64,000 bases of DNA from positions 23,560,001 through 23,624,000 of the forward strand of contig OZ281500.1 in the NCBI GenBank assembly GCA_965637545.1. Direction: 5' to 3'. Under the pieces are notes generated by a model. The model saw only the letters and a program-made list of their open reading frames with translations. It made no database searches and was not told the origin of the DNA. Of the stretch, positions 52,000 to 64,000 are shown piece by piece; the stretch's first letter is position 1; each line of letters starts with the position of its first letter. The position numbers and the translations under genes are program-made. Source of the stretch: Phallusia mammillata (Eukaryota).

Positions 52000-52280
52000 T
52001 CTGTCGAGCTTCAGCTGTGGCGGCCGCGATGCAAGCGCCACAATAGCGTGCCACAAAATCAAACCACAAACGCCTGCGGGCCGAAATGCCGAGGCTCGGG
52101 CGGTGAGAATAGCAGCACCTTAACAATACACAGCAAGTCAGGATTAGCAGAAGAGGTTTAAGCTCATATCGGTGAAGCTGTGTTTATAAGCGCCGCCGGC
52201 ACTAAGTCTTCGACTTTTCGGGCGCGTGGCGCTAAAGTATTCGCGCGCAAGTAGACGGTCTCTGCTCTAGAATATTGCGA
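52000..52280. promoter_or_regulatory. CpG-rich island upstream of the large minus-strand gene (candidate promoter)
   Basis: Strong local GC/CpG enrichment (GCGGCCGCG, GCGCCGCCGGC, TTCGCGCGC) 500-750 nt upstream of the 51510 acceptor. Confidence 0.45.
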
Positions 52281-52608
52281 CAACACACAACTAAAATTCC
52301 AGCGCGTTTTTGGAACATTTTTTCACGGTTAGTGGGTAACCACGGCCACTTGAAGTGCGGTGGCCATACCTGAGTTAGACCTTCTGTCTAGCAGGCAATA
52401 TTTCGGTCATAACAATCACATTCCAATTTTTTACATACACGTTTCAGCTTTGATAACCATAAATTAAATCACAAACAGCTTAGAAATGTACATTGATATA
52501 GGTTGCAATCATATCTCTACTATGGCTACTTTTGTAGGTAAAGGATAGTCTGTAGTAATTATGGGTGACCCGAAAGTTATTTACTTATTTTCTTCGGTTT
52601 TATTTCAC

Positions 52609-52640
52609 CTGACGATGACAAAAGAAATTGTCAAAACGTA
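52609..52640 (+). ncRNA. Near-intact minimal hammerhead motif (family C)
   Basis: CTGACGA-T-GACAA-aagaaa-TTGTC-AAAAC-GTA; perfect 5-bp stem II; only G12 is changed to A. Confidence 0.65.
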
Positions 52641-52649
52641 CTTACATAA

Positions 52650-52845
52650 GCTACTGCTGCCAGGCAATAATATCAAGTTTATATAGAGCTCGTCTGGTAA
52701 TTGTAGTTTTATTCCGATGTTTCGACGTCAAAGAATTGGCCGTGCACTGTACTGCGCATTCAGTTCAGTCTTATTTACTCTGATGAAGGCGACCTGTATA
52801 GGACGTCTAAACGTCGGAATAAAACTATAATTGCCAGAAATGCTA
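52650..52845. mobile_element. Inverted pair of family-A hammerhead repeats (Penelope-like pLTR structure)
   Basis: 52650-52729 is the reverse complement of the family-A 3' part, truncated in stem II. 52738-52845 is a plus-strand copy with CTGATGA at 52780 and GAAAC mutated to TAAAC. Confidence 0.8.
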
Positions 52846-53671
52846 GCTCAAACTTAAAAACGCGGTTTAACAGAATGTGTTTTGGAGGGTTCATGACCTT
52901 AGCACAAACATTTAAACTTAGTACCGAATTAATAAGTGTTTATTAAAAAAGTCCCCAGTTATCAGTCAAAGAGTTCCTGGCTAAAAAGGTTGGAAACCAC
53001 TGCCTCCAAACATACGAACATGAAAATATAGAAAAGGGTCTAGCAACTTCTCGCAAAATTATTCTGGTAAAAATCTCGAACACGATTTGACCTTACACAT
53101 TCACCACACAAGCATTTTTGCACCAATTTACTTTTGGTCGTGAAACAGAGGGCGGCAGCGCATGCTCTGTTCCACCAACATTGTGACGCGTTCTACACTA
53201 ATTACATTGGAATGTAAAGATGGGGTGGGTTCGGTAGTTTGGGGGTGAGCTGCTACCTGTCTACGGTGTGATGCCCACAACTGTTGGAATTCGTGGGCTA
53301 ATGATTGGGGCAAACCCAACATGCAACCGCCCCAGGAGCGGCCCAAAACAAAGATGGTATTTCGTCAAAAAAAGGCGGATTGATTTGCTCGAATCTGAGG
53401 AAGATTGTTTAGTGTCGGTGATGAACTTGTCTAGACCTACAGAATACGGGTAGTAGCGCTCCTCGAATATTAAGTTAAACATTTGGCCGAGTAGAGCCAT
53501 CATTGAACTTACAATGAGTTTTTTTCGCTCAATTTCTTGTCAACATACGAACTGATGAATTTATGTTACAAGTGCGTTTAAATAAAGCGTGTGCGTACTA
53601 CTAAATCTATACCGCTTCAGCTCATGACTGAACACACTATTTTGCATTTTTTCTACAGTGACAAGCTTTCC

Positions 53672-53798
53672 TAGAGTTGTAAGTCGAATTCGGGCTTGGG
53701 TGTTTTTAAAAACGGGATTTTCAATTTATCATTTTCCTTGCTTAACTTTTTCATACTTTCGGTTTCGGGCCTAAAATATGTGCCTACTTACAGCCCTG
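53672..53798. mobile_element. MITE with (C/T)AG(A/G)G(C/T)TGTAAGT termini
   Basis: TAGAGTTGTAAGT ... ACTTACAGCCCTG; degenerate TSD AGCTTTCC / AGCTAATC. Confidence 0.65.
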
Positions 53799-54900
53799 AG
53801 CTAATCGAGCCACACAACAGGCAAGCCACAAAGGTCTGGCATTTGTTTTTACAACTTCCATCCAGCAGCAACAATAACAACAACAGCAGTAGCGCAGCTG
53901 GACGCATTCTCCCTGTTTAGTACAGTCCGCGCCATTTCAAGTCAACGGTCAGAAATTATGGGCCGTAATCGTTTGCGTACACAAATAGAAGGCCATTGAG
54001 GGGTTGTGAAGCGACCAGCGATTGTCGAACAATGCTCTACATTCCAAACGAGCCAAAAGCCGAGTTCAAACCGTTTGCTGAACAACGCCGGTTTCGTGCA
54101 AACTGAAGATCGCACTTTCGCTATTATTCGTCGTTAAACAAAAGGTCACAAGGCCGGTATGGGCAAATGTTTACATTCTTTGCAAAATTTTAGGTATAGC
54201 GTATTGAGAACGTTGAAACCTATTGTAATGTCGTTAATCTTTTGATCTGTTGATTTAAACTTCAATGCGAGTCAATAAGCCTGCTGATTCATTTTGATCC
54301 GAGCTCAAATATTTACAAATCACTTTTTGACACTTATTACTTGGTGATTAAGACACCTTTTCAGACAAATTACTGCTGGTCTGTTGCTACATAGATCAAC
54401 AAGCAAATTTAATTCCACGATAACATGGTGTTTTCGTTACTGTTTTGGAGATAGTCAAGAATAAGACTAAAATAATAATGAATTCGTGCGCGAACAATCG
54501 GCTCTTCTTGTAACTTGAAAATAAAGTAGGACCACTCTTGTCACAGAAGACTCATTCTTATGTCCAATTTTGTAAGTACACTTGCAAGATTTGATATATG
54601 ACATAAATTATAGAAATACTTCAAGCTCCTCGCGGTCCCTCTGAATTCGTACGGCGGACTCCAGTTTGAGAACCGCTGAATTAGCACAATTAAAACCACC
54701 ACAAAGCAGAAAACAGTTGCATGATGTTGACGTTGGCAGTTTAGGTTCGAGTTTTCCAAAATGTTGAATCGATAAGGGTTGGGGAATAAAAAATACTTCA
54801 CAGAAAATACAGGACTTAAAAGCGATGGAGGCCAGTGACCAGGTAAATAAAAACACTGACCTAGCAAGTAAACCTGATCGTAAATGAGTCTTTTGTTTAC

Positions 54901-55020
54901 AATGGATTATGCCCGAGTTGTCGCTGCGCCGTGCCCAGTTCGAGTGGTGTGGGAATGCCGCCAACTTTCCACTGATTATCGTATCCGGGTGGATAAACGA
55001 ATGAGCCCTCAAGCACTTCG
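54901..55020 (-). CDS. Candidate exon of another minus-strand gene (EVLEGSFVYPPGYDNQWKVGGIPTPLELGTAQRQLGHNP)
   Basis: GC-rich 120-nt block, phase 2-2; compatible with candidates 59942-60030, 57564-57632 and 54623-54675. The AAG acceptor is weak. Confidence 0.3.
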
Positions 55021-56952
55021 CTTTAACCGACGAATTTAGAACAAGCACAAAACGTACATGGTTTAATACTGGGAAAATCGACGCTTTTTGCTGGTTGTGC
55101 GGTATGAAAAGACATTTAAATACACACAGTTAATAAAGGCACAAGATGCACGTATATTTTAACAATAAATAAGTCAGACAAACAACTTGGAATATCCTAA
55201 CTAAGTAAATAATATGTAAATAGTACAACTTTCCGTTTTTTAATAAAAACAACGGTCCCAGAACTTGCACATAACATCAGACAAAGTTCAAGTCATTTTT
55301 CATGTTGCTGTCAAGTGTTGCCAGACACTGAAAAATGGGGGAAAAAGTTTTAAGGCTGTTTAACAGACTGTGCAACTTTTTGCCAAATACGAATTAAAGG
55401 GTATATTAGACAAAATTACTATTCAGTTGATCTTGGCTACACATACTAAACTGAAACTGAACATCTCGGGTATAAGACCACTATGAACCAAATGCTGAAC
55501 ACCCATACTGCAGTTTCTGAGTTTCTAACTTACATTTGTAAAACAGCAACTATTACGCTCAACAAACAAATTGAAACATACTTCATTAATTGACTTATTT
55601 AATCTACAACGCAGTACAATTAAGCATAAAACCGAATTATCCTACATTGAGCCAAGGTACACTTCTAGGCAACTAATTAGTTAATGGCTGACAAAAAGCA
55701 GTCATTCCCAACGTGTAGCATAAACTAAACCTAACACAATCCATTATTATGACATCATACTGCACAAAGGACAAAGACAAAAGCCACATTCTATTTTAAG
55801 TTAACAAACAAACAAAACTACATAAGACATGTTCTTTCTTATCTAAACATTTTAACGCAAAGTCAAATGCAAGTCTTTGGTAAAACACAGTTTTTAACAA
55901 ACTAAACAAGTTAATCTAGGTCCTGTGCTGCATTTCAAAATTTTGAACTAACCTGTAAGCTTGAAAATCGCATTATAATCCACGGTGGCTTTACCAAACC
56001 GCCGCTGCAGCCCTCCTAACCTGATAACCCCGCGTCTCGAGTGATAAAAGCCCGCAGAAATTTGTTCAGGACCCTGTGCACGCCGCTTCACGCATCACTA
56101 CACACCTGGAATTCCCCCTTGACGGTAGCCGAGTAACACAGACCTCAAAAGGTTGTTGGCCAGTTCGAAGCTTTTGTGAGCCTGAAGCGCGTTGCGCGAA
56201 CGAGCTTCGTGCAATCATTTGTGTCAATGTTATTTTATATAGCCGTGTACAATAGTAAGCCATCTTTTTTCAAACATTTTTGAGAAATTATTTTACAATT
56301 TTGTGGAAAAAAAGCTTGCATACAATTTAGCAGTTTGATTAGGAAACTTAAATTTCACGGTTTACGACACAAAGATAGTTAGCGAACCCGCTTTAAGCTT
56401 AAACACGGACTTGTTTTCCAAAACACCGTCTATCATTCACAACAGCCCACTGGCAATATTGTTTACTGTCAACATAATCACCTCTTGTGGCGTAACAATA
56501 CAAAACAATTTCAGCAGAACCGCGATATTTTGATAAGAGTTGTTGTTTCCAAAAAGCGCTACACCTTGTTTTTTGGTATTCGAATTACAAGTCGTCAGTC
56601 AACCTTTACCCCTGTTACCCGTCTCAGCAACACAATAATTGAGGTGAAAACAGCTATGGTACTATGCCTGTAGCTTTGAAATAGTAGATTTTGAGTTTTA
56701 AACTTTTCATTCAAAGCTTTATTTGCCATGTAACAGGTAAAAGCAAAATTTCGTGTCAATTATGTTAAAAGAAGTGCGTTGTCTGTAACAGGTTTCATTT
56801 CATATCGAACATAGAACATACGCGTAATAACAATATTCTAATAAAAAAGAGCAAAAATGAAACAAACAAATAAAAAAACGAATGCGGCACACTAAAAGTT
56901 GGCGCTAAACCTGCACGCGTTTCTTGTTTTTTTTTTTTTAGTCACCCTAAAT

Positions 56953-57240
56953 CATAGGTGGGCAACCTTTTTGCATGCGCGGGCCAAAAGCAGTGATATA
57001 TTGCGGCGCAACCATGAACATCCAATAACATAGCAGTGCTAGGCAAAGTCAAACACTCAATGATTTTGTCTTTGTACGTAACAATGCCTCTTCTCAGTAA
57101 TAAACTAATAACTCTCAACGTTTAATGTAACAACCCTTTGGTATAAAGATGGTATTTAACACATACATTCCGTCCGGCCGATCAAAATAAAACACGTGTC
57201 GCGGGCTGCTCAACAGTTGCTCGTAGGTTGCCCACCCCTG
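56953..57240. mobile_element. hAT (Buster-type) MITE
   Basis: TIR CATAGGTGGGCAACC / GGTTGCCCACCCCTG; TSD CCCTAAAT / CCCTGAAT (7/8). Confidence 0.85.
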
Positions 57241-57563
57241 CCCTGAATGTTCCTATAAAACCGAAGTACAAACCGATCAAACTTATCTGGACGCAAGTTT
57301 AGATTTAAATCTAAAAAGTTCTTGAGAAAATTAAGTTTTTTTTAGAATTTTTTTAATACTTTACAAGTTAACTTTTTCATATCCGAGAAACAATTCAAGC
57401 AATCTGTTGTTATTTCAACAAAAAACTCGATTTTAGTCAAACGACAATCGATTTAAATTCAAGTGCGGATGGCAACCCAGCGACAACGACGTTCAACGCA
57501 AAACCAACAACTCTTTCCGCAACGAGTGATAATAGCAGCGAAGCACGCCTGTCGTTTACACAC

Positions 57564-57632
57564 CTGAAATACGACCCTCGCTGGAATGTTTGTAAAAAGC
57601 GCGCGCGCCTCTTCAATTGTGTTTTCAATGAT
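57564..57632 (-). CDS. Candidate 69-nt exon (IIENTIEEARALFTNIPARVVFQ or SLKTQLKRRARFLQTFQRGSYF)
   Basis: Strong acceptor cctttctactacag, donor CAG|gtgtgt. Confidence 0.4.
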
Positions 57633-60600
57633 CTGTAGTAGAAAGGTTTGAATCGTCGATCGCGACGAGTTAATCGTGTTTCTGCAACGGTGTTCGATTT
57701 CTCATTCAATCTCCGTTCCCCTTCCAGTGCTTTTAATGGTAAGTTTGGGGACACAATTCGTTTAGTGTTGTAAGGCTGGCTTTTTGCGGTCGGTTTTGAC
57801 CGGAGTTTGGGCTTTAGCCCTAATAAAAAGGACTTGATTCAGGCCAGGCTTATCAGGTCGGGTTCGAATGGAGTTCGGACTTTCGTTTCAATGAATATCG
57901 GACTTGATTCACATACGGCCACATTTGTTTTTAATTTCACCTTAGTAACTTTACTTTTGGACATAATTAATTTAAAAACCTGGCATAGGCCGGTTTCGAG
58001 CCCGCTAACAGGAACTCTGATATATCTGTACTAGTGATTTTCACATTTGAAAAAGTTTTGATTATATAAATTATAAAACAAACACAATGACTGGACAAAT
58101 TTATACAATTTTGGCCAATTGTTCCGCAATGAAGACTAATTTTAACAAATCCACTGTGAATAAACGATGTTGACTGCAAATAGCTCATCCTGAGTTTTCT
58201 ACTAAAAAGTTGTTTACAAATCGTCCAGCTGTTGAGACGGGTATAAAAGGAAAAAAAATATCATTAATATTTAAGCCAGGTTGCCCAACGCGCAGTCAGT
58301 CGTAATTAACGGCTTCTAAGAAACGATAAAATACGATTAACTTCCACTTGAAAACCACTATCATCACCTGGCGGAAAACAAAACACTCAAACATAATAAC
58401 TTTAACATTATTGCGGGACTCGAATGTATTTGTCCGCTAAACGACGTTAAAGAGCCTACATACAAATTTAGTTGCGGCAAATACAAGTCAAACGTCCAAC
58501 TAGTATTCGGTCAGTCTGACAGTTCGCATAGTTGAGCCAGAATTGTTTGCACAGTTAGAATAACTTTGCCAGTAACCTCACTGACGAAAAATCAGTTAAA
58601 AGGTCATAATTTTTATCAATTTAAATTTACAACTTCAATTTGTTGCCAAATAAGTAAAATCGCAGAGAAGAGTTTAATTGAAGACCAAAGAGTGTGGTTC
58701 AGATTGAAGTTTACCTACTTCTTTACGATTTTGGCTGCTTCCGTAACTAGCTTTGTGAAGCCAACCTTATCGGTGTGTGTGCTACCGCCGTGTAGATGTC
58801 TTGCAATGCACAACATCAATACAAATTTATGCGAACGCAAGTATATGTGTGCGATATACGTACTGGTGGCCATGCATTGATAAAAATCGTTGTGCTATAG
58901 CTTACGTGGCTTTTAAAACTGGCCTCCAAGTTTTTTTCGGTCTCAAAAAACTGTTATATTGTGAGCCATGTAGACGCACAGATCTAGCTTAAAGTTATTA
59001 GTCGTTCGGGTTTGGGAACTGTTCATTTTGGCTCAGTGGACAAACTGACGTCTTTTGGTAAAACAAAAACATATGACGAATACGGCAATGGGAAAATGTT
59101 GTGTACATCCGTTGTGCTGAACAAAAACATTATGTTGGTGGGCAATATTTGGTCGGGGTTAACGGGTCGGGTTCGGGCTTAAACTGTGAGTAAAACACGC
59201 TTGAATCACGCTTAGGCCATATTAGAGTTGTCATGTTACCTTTGGTACATCCAACTTTCGAGCCTAATTCGGTCTCTGCTAAAAAAATCCTTTAGATTCA
59301 GTTCTGGTTTACGGCTTTTGTGTTGATTTAGGTCTTGTGTAAATCTTTATTAATAAATAGGCGGCGTAAAAAAGTACAAAAGTTGATGTTAGTAAAGCAA
59401 AAATCTAAGCAAAAATAACATATACGCTGTCCCCATTATTAACAACAGGATACAAAGTATGTCGGGTCGTAAGCTTTTCCGGTCGCATTGTGCAAACCTG
59501 TATCAACCCACAATATGTAAAGTAGCTTGCAGAATAGTAGCCAGGCCAGAGGGCTACGAAGGCCGTGTACAAGCTACAAAAAATCGCCTAAATGTAATTT
59601 CATTCACTGGAATAGCTATGATTTGTGTTTGTGTATGATTCGGTAACAGCAATTGCACGTTTAATGCCTCGCAATTTAGCAGAACCTATAGCAAAGTGGG
59701 ACATATTTTGACTAAATTAGAAAAGACTTAAGTTTTCGTGTAGTTAAAGGCAATCAAACCACTTTAAATAATATGGAGCCGTTACATGACAAGTGACCTG
59801 CAAATTTCTTTAAAAATCTGCAGATTACTTGTCAAGTTTTCGCTCGTTAACAAGTTTAAAAAACCCAGGTTTCAAGTATCTCAGCCACAACATTGAAAAC
59901 TTTGAAGTTTGAGCAACCGAACGTAAAATTTAATTGCGTACCTTGCGCAGGAGTGTAAAGTACAGCTAGATCCAACGCACAGCGTAGACATGGTGGCATC
60001 GTTTGTTGACATGGGGCAAGGTCCACGCAACTACAAACATACGCAAACCTGATAAGTTCAAGAACACAACAAGGAAAATGCAGTTGTTTAAATCTTAACA
60101 TTGAGTTAGGTTGGGTTCGAAATGAACTCCGAAAAAAATGACGCAAAAGCAAATGTTTATGACAAGTAAATGTTGACAGTGTCGTCCGAAGTTTAAGTTT
60201 ATTGAGACGGAGTTGTTAATATTAAGTCAGTTTTCAAATTTGAATTCAACAAATGGTTTGCACAAGACATGTCTCTTTCTAAAAAATCGGCTTTTGTGAA
60301 AGTTGTTTTGCTTAAATATTGTTGCTTTGTTAGTCTGAAAATTGCTGTTTGCATTGCAGTGGCATTAACTTTACATTACAGCAAATCATAGAAACTTTAC
60401 TACAAAACTATTGACTTGAAGAGCTTCTGTTAGTAAATTTTGTATGGACACCGATTTATAAAAAACGGAAGTGCCACTACAGGAAATTATGTAATTACAT
60501 GCACATGCATCTTCACAAAGTATTCGTTGCAGGTGCACATCAATTATTAAGTTGTTGCTACTAGTAACTACCCCCACTCAACTGAGATTGGCTCACTAAG

Positions 60601-61652
60601 CATATGATGTAGTGGTAGACAAAAAACTAGCACGTCTTACATTGTGTGGCAGGAGTCTTTTTATGTATATCTACCAACCCGACTAGTCTTGCTTTAAAGT
60701 TAGGAAACGTAAAGTAAATAAAATGTATATCAGGTTAAGACTTCAAATCGGGTTTGTTTGAACAATACTTGTACTATAAACTTAAGATTGAATTGCCCAG
60801 CTGCTTGCTTGGATGTATATTAAACCCGTTGTTAGTGGTCTTGTGTGTCGTGGATGCATTTCTTTTGGAGTTCCCTAGACCAAATTGCGAACTTGCTGTA
60901 ACGTTTGCATTCGATAAAAACTTTTCAATCCATTCAAACAACCGCTGTTTACACAAAGCTTGTTGGCAAAACTGCCTTTAAAAGCACAATAAGATAGCTA
61001 ATATGTTATAAAACAAGCATTTAAGAGGGCTATAGGACATAGCAATAACTCAAACGCACTGGCCGCCACGTTATATTGCGTGATGTTGTACAGTATATCG
61101 GCCGAACTAGCTCATGATGACCAGGGCGGCATACTTAAGTAGCCCTCGATCTATAAGATTCATAACATAATCGCTGGCGGTTGTAGTTTTTGAAGTAGGA
61201 GGGTCACGCGTGCATTGTACATCACAACGTCATGTGGGCCGGTTTAACACGACAATATAGAGGATAATGACGTTAGAGGCGGCCTGAAGAAGGCGCGGAG
61301 TAGATCAGGTCGACTTTGTGACATCGAGTTGCCCGGCTTGTAGTGTGGTTTCATATCCATATAGTTTGCCGCTTGTAGTAAACGTCATTTGTATTTGCTC
61401 TGAACTTGGAGATGCGAAAATAGCCAAAGGTTTTTACTCAGGGCCAAAATTATGTTTAGATTAAATTAACCGGTGCACTGTCCGTAATTTGGGTTTACAG
61501 TTTACACTGTTAGGAATGTTTGCAAAATTAGGTTTAATTTACCGGTGCACTGTTAGGAATGCCTCGAAATCACTTCGGGCAGCAATTTTTGTTATTTTCT
61601 GCCGCAAAATTCGGTGCCTGTAGCAGGGATTTGTCCCGTTCATATCAAAGAA

Positions 61653-61822
61653 AGTACTTCTAGAATTACAACGCGTTCATGAGCCGGTTTCGTGCACTCT
61701 GCCGTATCGTAGCAATGTATAGATACAACTTGTACATATTTAGCACATGAAAACTCAGTATTTCTAACATTACAAACATGTTGATGAGCCGGTTTCGTGC
61801 AGTCTGCGTATCGTTGCAATGT
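61653..61822. repeat. Tandem duplication, period about 105 nt
   Basis: ATGAGCCGGTTTCGTGCA.TCTGC(C)GTATCGT.GCAATGT at 61679 and 61784. Confidence 0.8.
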
Positions 61823-63096
61823 CTTCCTTTATGAAGGCCCTCTGTCAAAGCAATGTTGACCTCTGTGCAAAGTGCAGTATTTCAAAGCACGGAATTAAAG
61901 TCTAGTTTATGAGCCACATTCGTGAATTACAATCTAGGTTTTGAGCTACATTCGTTAGGTCGGTCGTATCATAGTGATGTTGTAATGTTTCGAGGTAATG
62001 TGTTGCACAAGACATTAAAAATGCCGCGAACTTTACGATTCGTTTTTAACAGCCACCATGTAGGCGGGAATTTTTTTAGGGGCAGTTAAACGTATTGTAG
62101 TGCTTTGAACATGTTTACATATAGGCAGCATGCCCCCGCACTTTGGGGTAAATGGAAAATCTAGGAATATAATACATGGACTTCAAAACTAGATTGGTAT
62201 AAAAAACTGTTGCAGTGTTAAGTATAGTCGTTTACATTGATGATAACAATAGCTATGTAAGATATTAACAAAAGTCCATTGGTAATGTCTTGATCAAATT
62301 TGAAACCGATTTCGCACAAAATCTGAAGGCTTTGAACAGACTTGCCGAAAGCTACATAAAACATGACAATATAAATTAGTATCCGTGCTTTTCGCCGACA
62401 CAAAAAGTATCGCTTTGTCAGCAAGGTGATTTGAGAGCCAAAAATAGTCGCAATGTTGGAATCTGTACACCGTTTGTATCGAATTTCCAGTGCTCGAGGG
62501 GGCTTGTTAAGTTGTGGCCATAACAGAAGTGGTACAGTGTTCCGGTTTATTGTTATGTACGTTGTGTATTTTCAAGTGATTGACACATTCGGCGAGAAGC
62601 ACATTTCGCTGAAGGCGACATGCGAGTGTAAACAGCCTTCTGATTTATGGATACCCCTGTCCGTCTAGATGTACGTTTGTTCTGTTCAGCACCAATGTTG
62701 ACTTGGTGTTGGTTGTTTAAAGCCCAGCAAGTACTTCTTAAACCAGCAGTGTTTATTACCATCAAAAAGCAGTGTGGTTCAGTTTTAAAGATAACTTGAT
62801 CTATATATTGCGAGAAAAACTATGTACATGTTTCAAGAGCTACATTGTTAAATTTTGAACCAAATGTTAAAGCCAATGCTTTCACCGAAAGACAGCAACG
62901 GCTCAAATATATACATTGAACCAGCTGTCCTAAATCAACTAATTGATATAAACCGGAAGAGGTAGTTAGAAACTTGTGATATCACTTCCGCCGGGTTGGT
63001 GCACGTCTTATTGCAACAATAACATTGATGGAAAGGAGAAAAGGTGTATACGCAGTTGTTTATGGCTAACTGCAGTGTATTGCTGGGGTTTTAGAT

Positions 63097-63242
63097 CAGT
63101 GGTTTTCAATGGTTTTCCAAGAAACGAAAAAAAAACGGTAATGACTGCTTTTTCCATATTATTAAGCTTATCAATTGTGCACCCTAAAGGTTTTGATTAC
63201 TTTATAGGTACGTCCCGGGGTAAAAAGGTTTGAGAACTATTG
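63097..63242. mobile_element. hAT MITE (older)
   Basis: CAGTGGTTTTCAA ... TTTGAGAACTATTG; flanks TTTTAGAT / TGTTAGAT. Confidence 0.75.
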
Positions 63243-63250
63243 TGTTAGAT

Positions 63251-63467
63251 CAGGGGTTCTTAACCTGGGGTGCACGCACCCCCAAGGGGTGCGAGAACTG
63301 TTCCTAGGGGGTGCGGGGATGCTGAATCATTAAGGTTGGTTAGGTCTATTCTATTTAAGCATTTACAGAAGGGGGAGCGAAAATTGGTTATTGGTTTGAA
63401 AGGGGGTGCGAAAATTGGTTGGTGATTTGAAAGGGGTGCAGCAAGGAAAAAAGGTTAAGAACCACTG
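63251..63467. mobile_element. hAT (Buster-type) MITE inserted into the TSD of its neighbour
   Basis: CAGGGGTTCTTAACC / GGTTAAGAACCACTG; perfect TSD TGTTAGAT on both sides. Confidence 0.9.
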
Positions 63468-64000
63468 TGTTAGATTGTTGTGGATTGCCCGAATAAAACG
63501 CAACTGGGATTTGGAATCTTAAAGAGGTTTTACTCGTTATGAACACCACTTTCATTGCTAAAACGTTTGCATTAATATGTGTTTACTGCATAAAAGTTGT
63601 TATTGGTTAGATTTGCATCGGAAAGAGCTCATTACCACAGGAAAGAGCCAATTATATAATTGATAATTATCATTACGCTTTGCCCGGTTCAGCTACAAGA
63701 CTTGCGTTGCGCGGCAAACAGTAGCTGATCAACACTCGACGTTTAGGTGTTAGTGAAGATGCAATATGTCCGGGCTGTGTTGAAATTAGGAAAGTTTAAA
63801 ACAGCCTGTAAGCTTTACTTATGTGAGGTGCCTTTATAACATAATCTCCGACTACATAATTGATTTATACAGGTATGTATACGAGTGGTTTTACGTATGA
63901 CTGTGCCTTACCGAAATGACGAGTTGAGTTTACTACTGTACAGAGATACAGAAAAGCTAGAGAGTTTGTATACAGTGGTTACATTTTGCTGCATAACGTT

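Noticed and set aside
52360-52375. GGCCATACC, resembling the 5' end of 5S rRNA
   Set aside because: Only 9 nt match; no internal A/C boxes or remaining 5S sequence.
61660-61820. Minus-strand GCAC-GAAACCGGCTC in a tandem repeat looks like a hammerhead stem III
   Set aside because: No CTGANGA core upstream and the NUH triplet is out of register. The same applies to GAAACCGGTC at about 10773.
1-64000. Most 60-110-aa ORFs in the supplied track; search for RT, GIY-YIG or transposase ORFs
   Set aside because: AT-rich composition (rich in F/L/I/K/N), no splice or homology support, several lie inside MITEs, and no catalytic motifs were recognised.

Overview
AT-rich animal genomic DNA, most likely an ascidian tunicate: the 16-nt Ciona-type spliced-leader sequence ATTCTATTTGAATAAG occurs in it, and it has compact GT-AG introns and Buster-type hAT MITEs. 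No rRNA, intact tRNA, CRISPR array or intact transposase/RT ORF is visible. The best-supported gene is a large minus-strand multi-exon gene. Its phase-compatible exons are at about 49719-51509, 46521-46720, 45264-45774, 31186-31416, 30314-30412, probably 26325-26418, and 21688-22299. It encodes a long acidic, Ser/Pro-rich, mostly disordered protein with AKAP-like helices, a PPLPPK motif and basic clusters; no domain is recognisable and it probably continues off the left edge. Weaker exon candidates suggest plus-strand genes at about 3-8 kb and 19-20.8 kb, possible antisense exons nested in the large introns, and another minus-strand gene at about 54.6-60 kb. Introns and intergenic DNA carry at least 7 complete hAT MITEs, tRNA-derived fragments and short tandem duplications. 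The most unusual items are: (1) two exact and two near-exact copies of the SL exon not followed by a GT donor, one with an Sm-like site; (2) about nine minimal hammerhead-ribozyme motifs of Penelope-like type in three sequence families, including an inverted pair and an inverted cluster; (3) a 113-nt tRNA-like retroposed insert whose 17-bp target-site duplication copies a 5' splice site of the large gene. All gene models were read by eye and need RNA-seq or homology confirmation.
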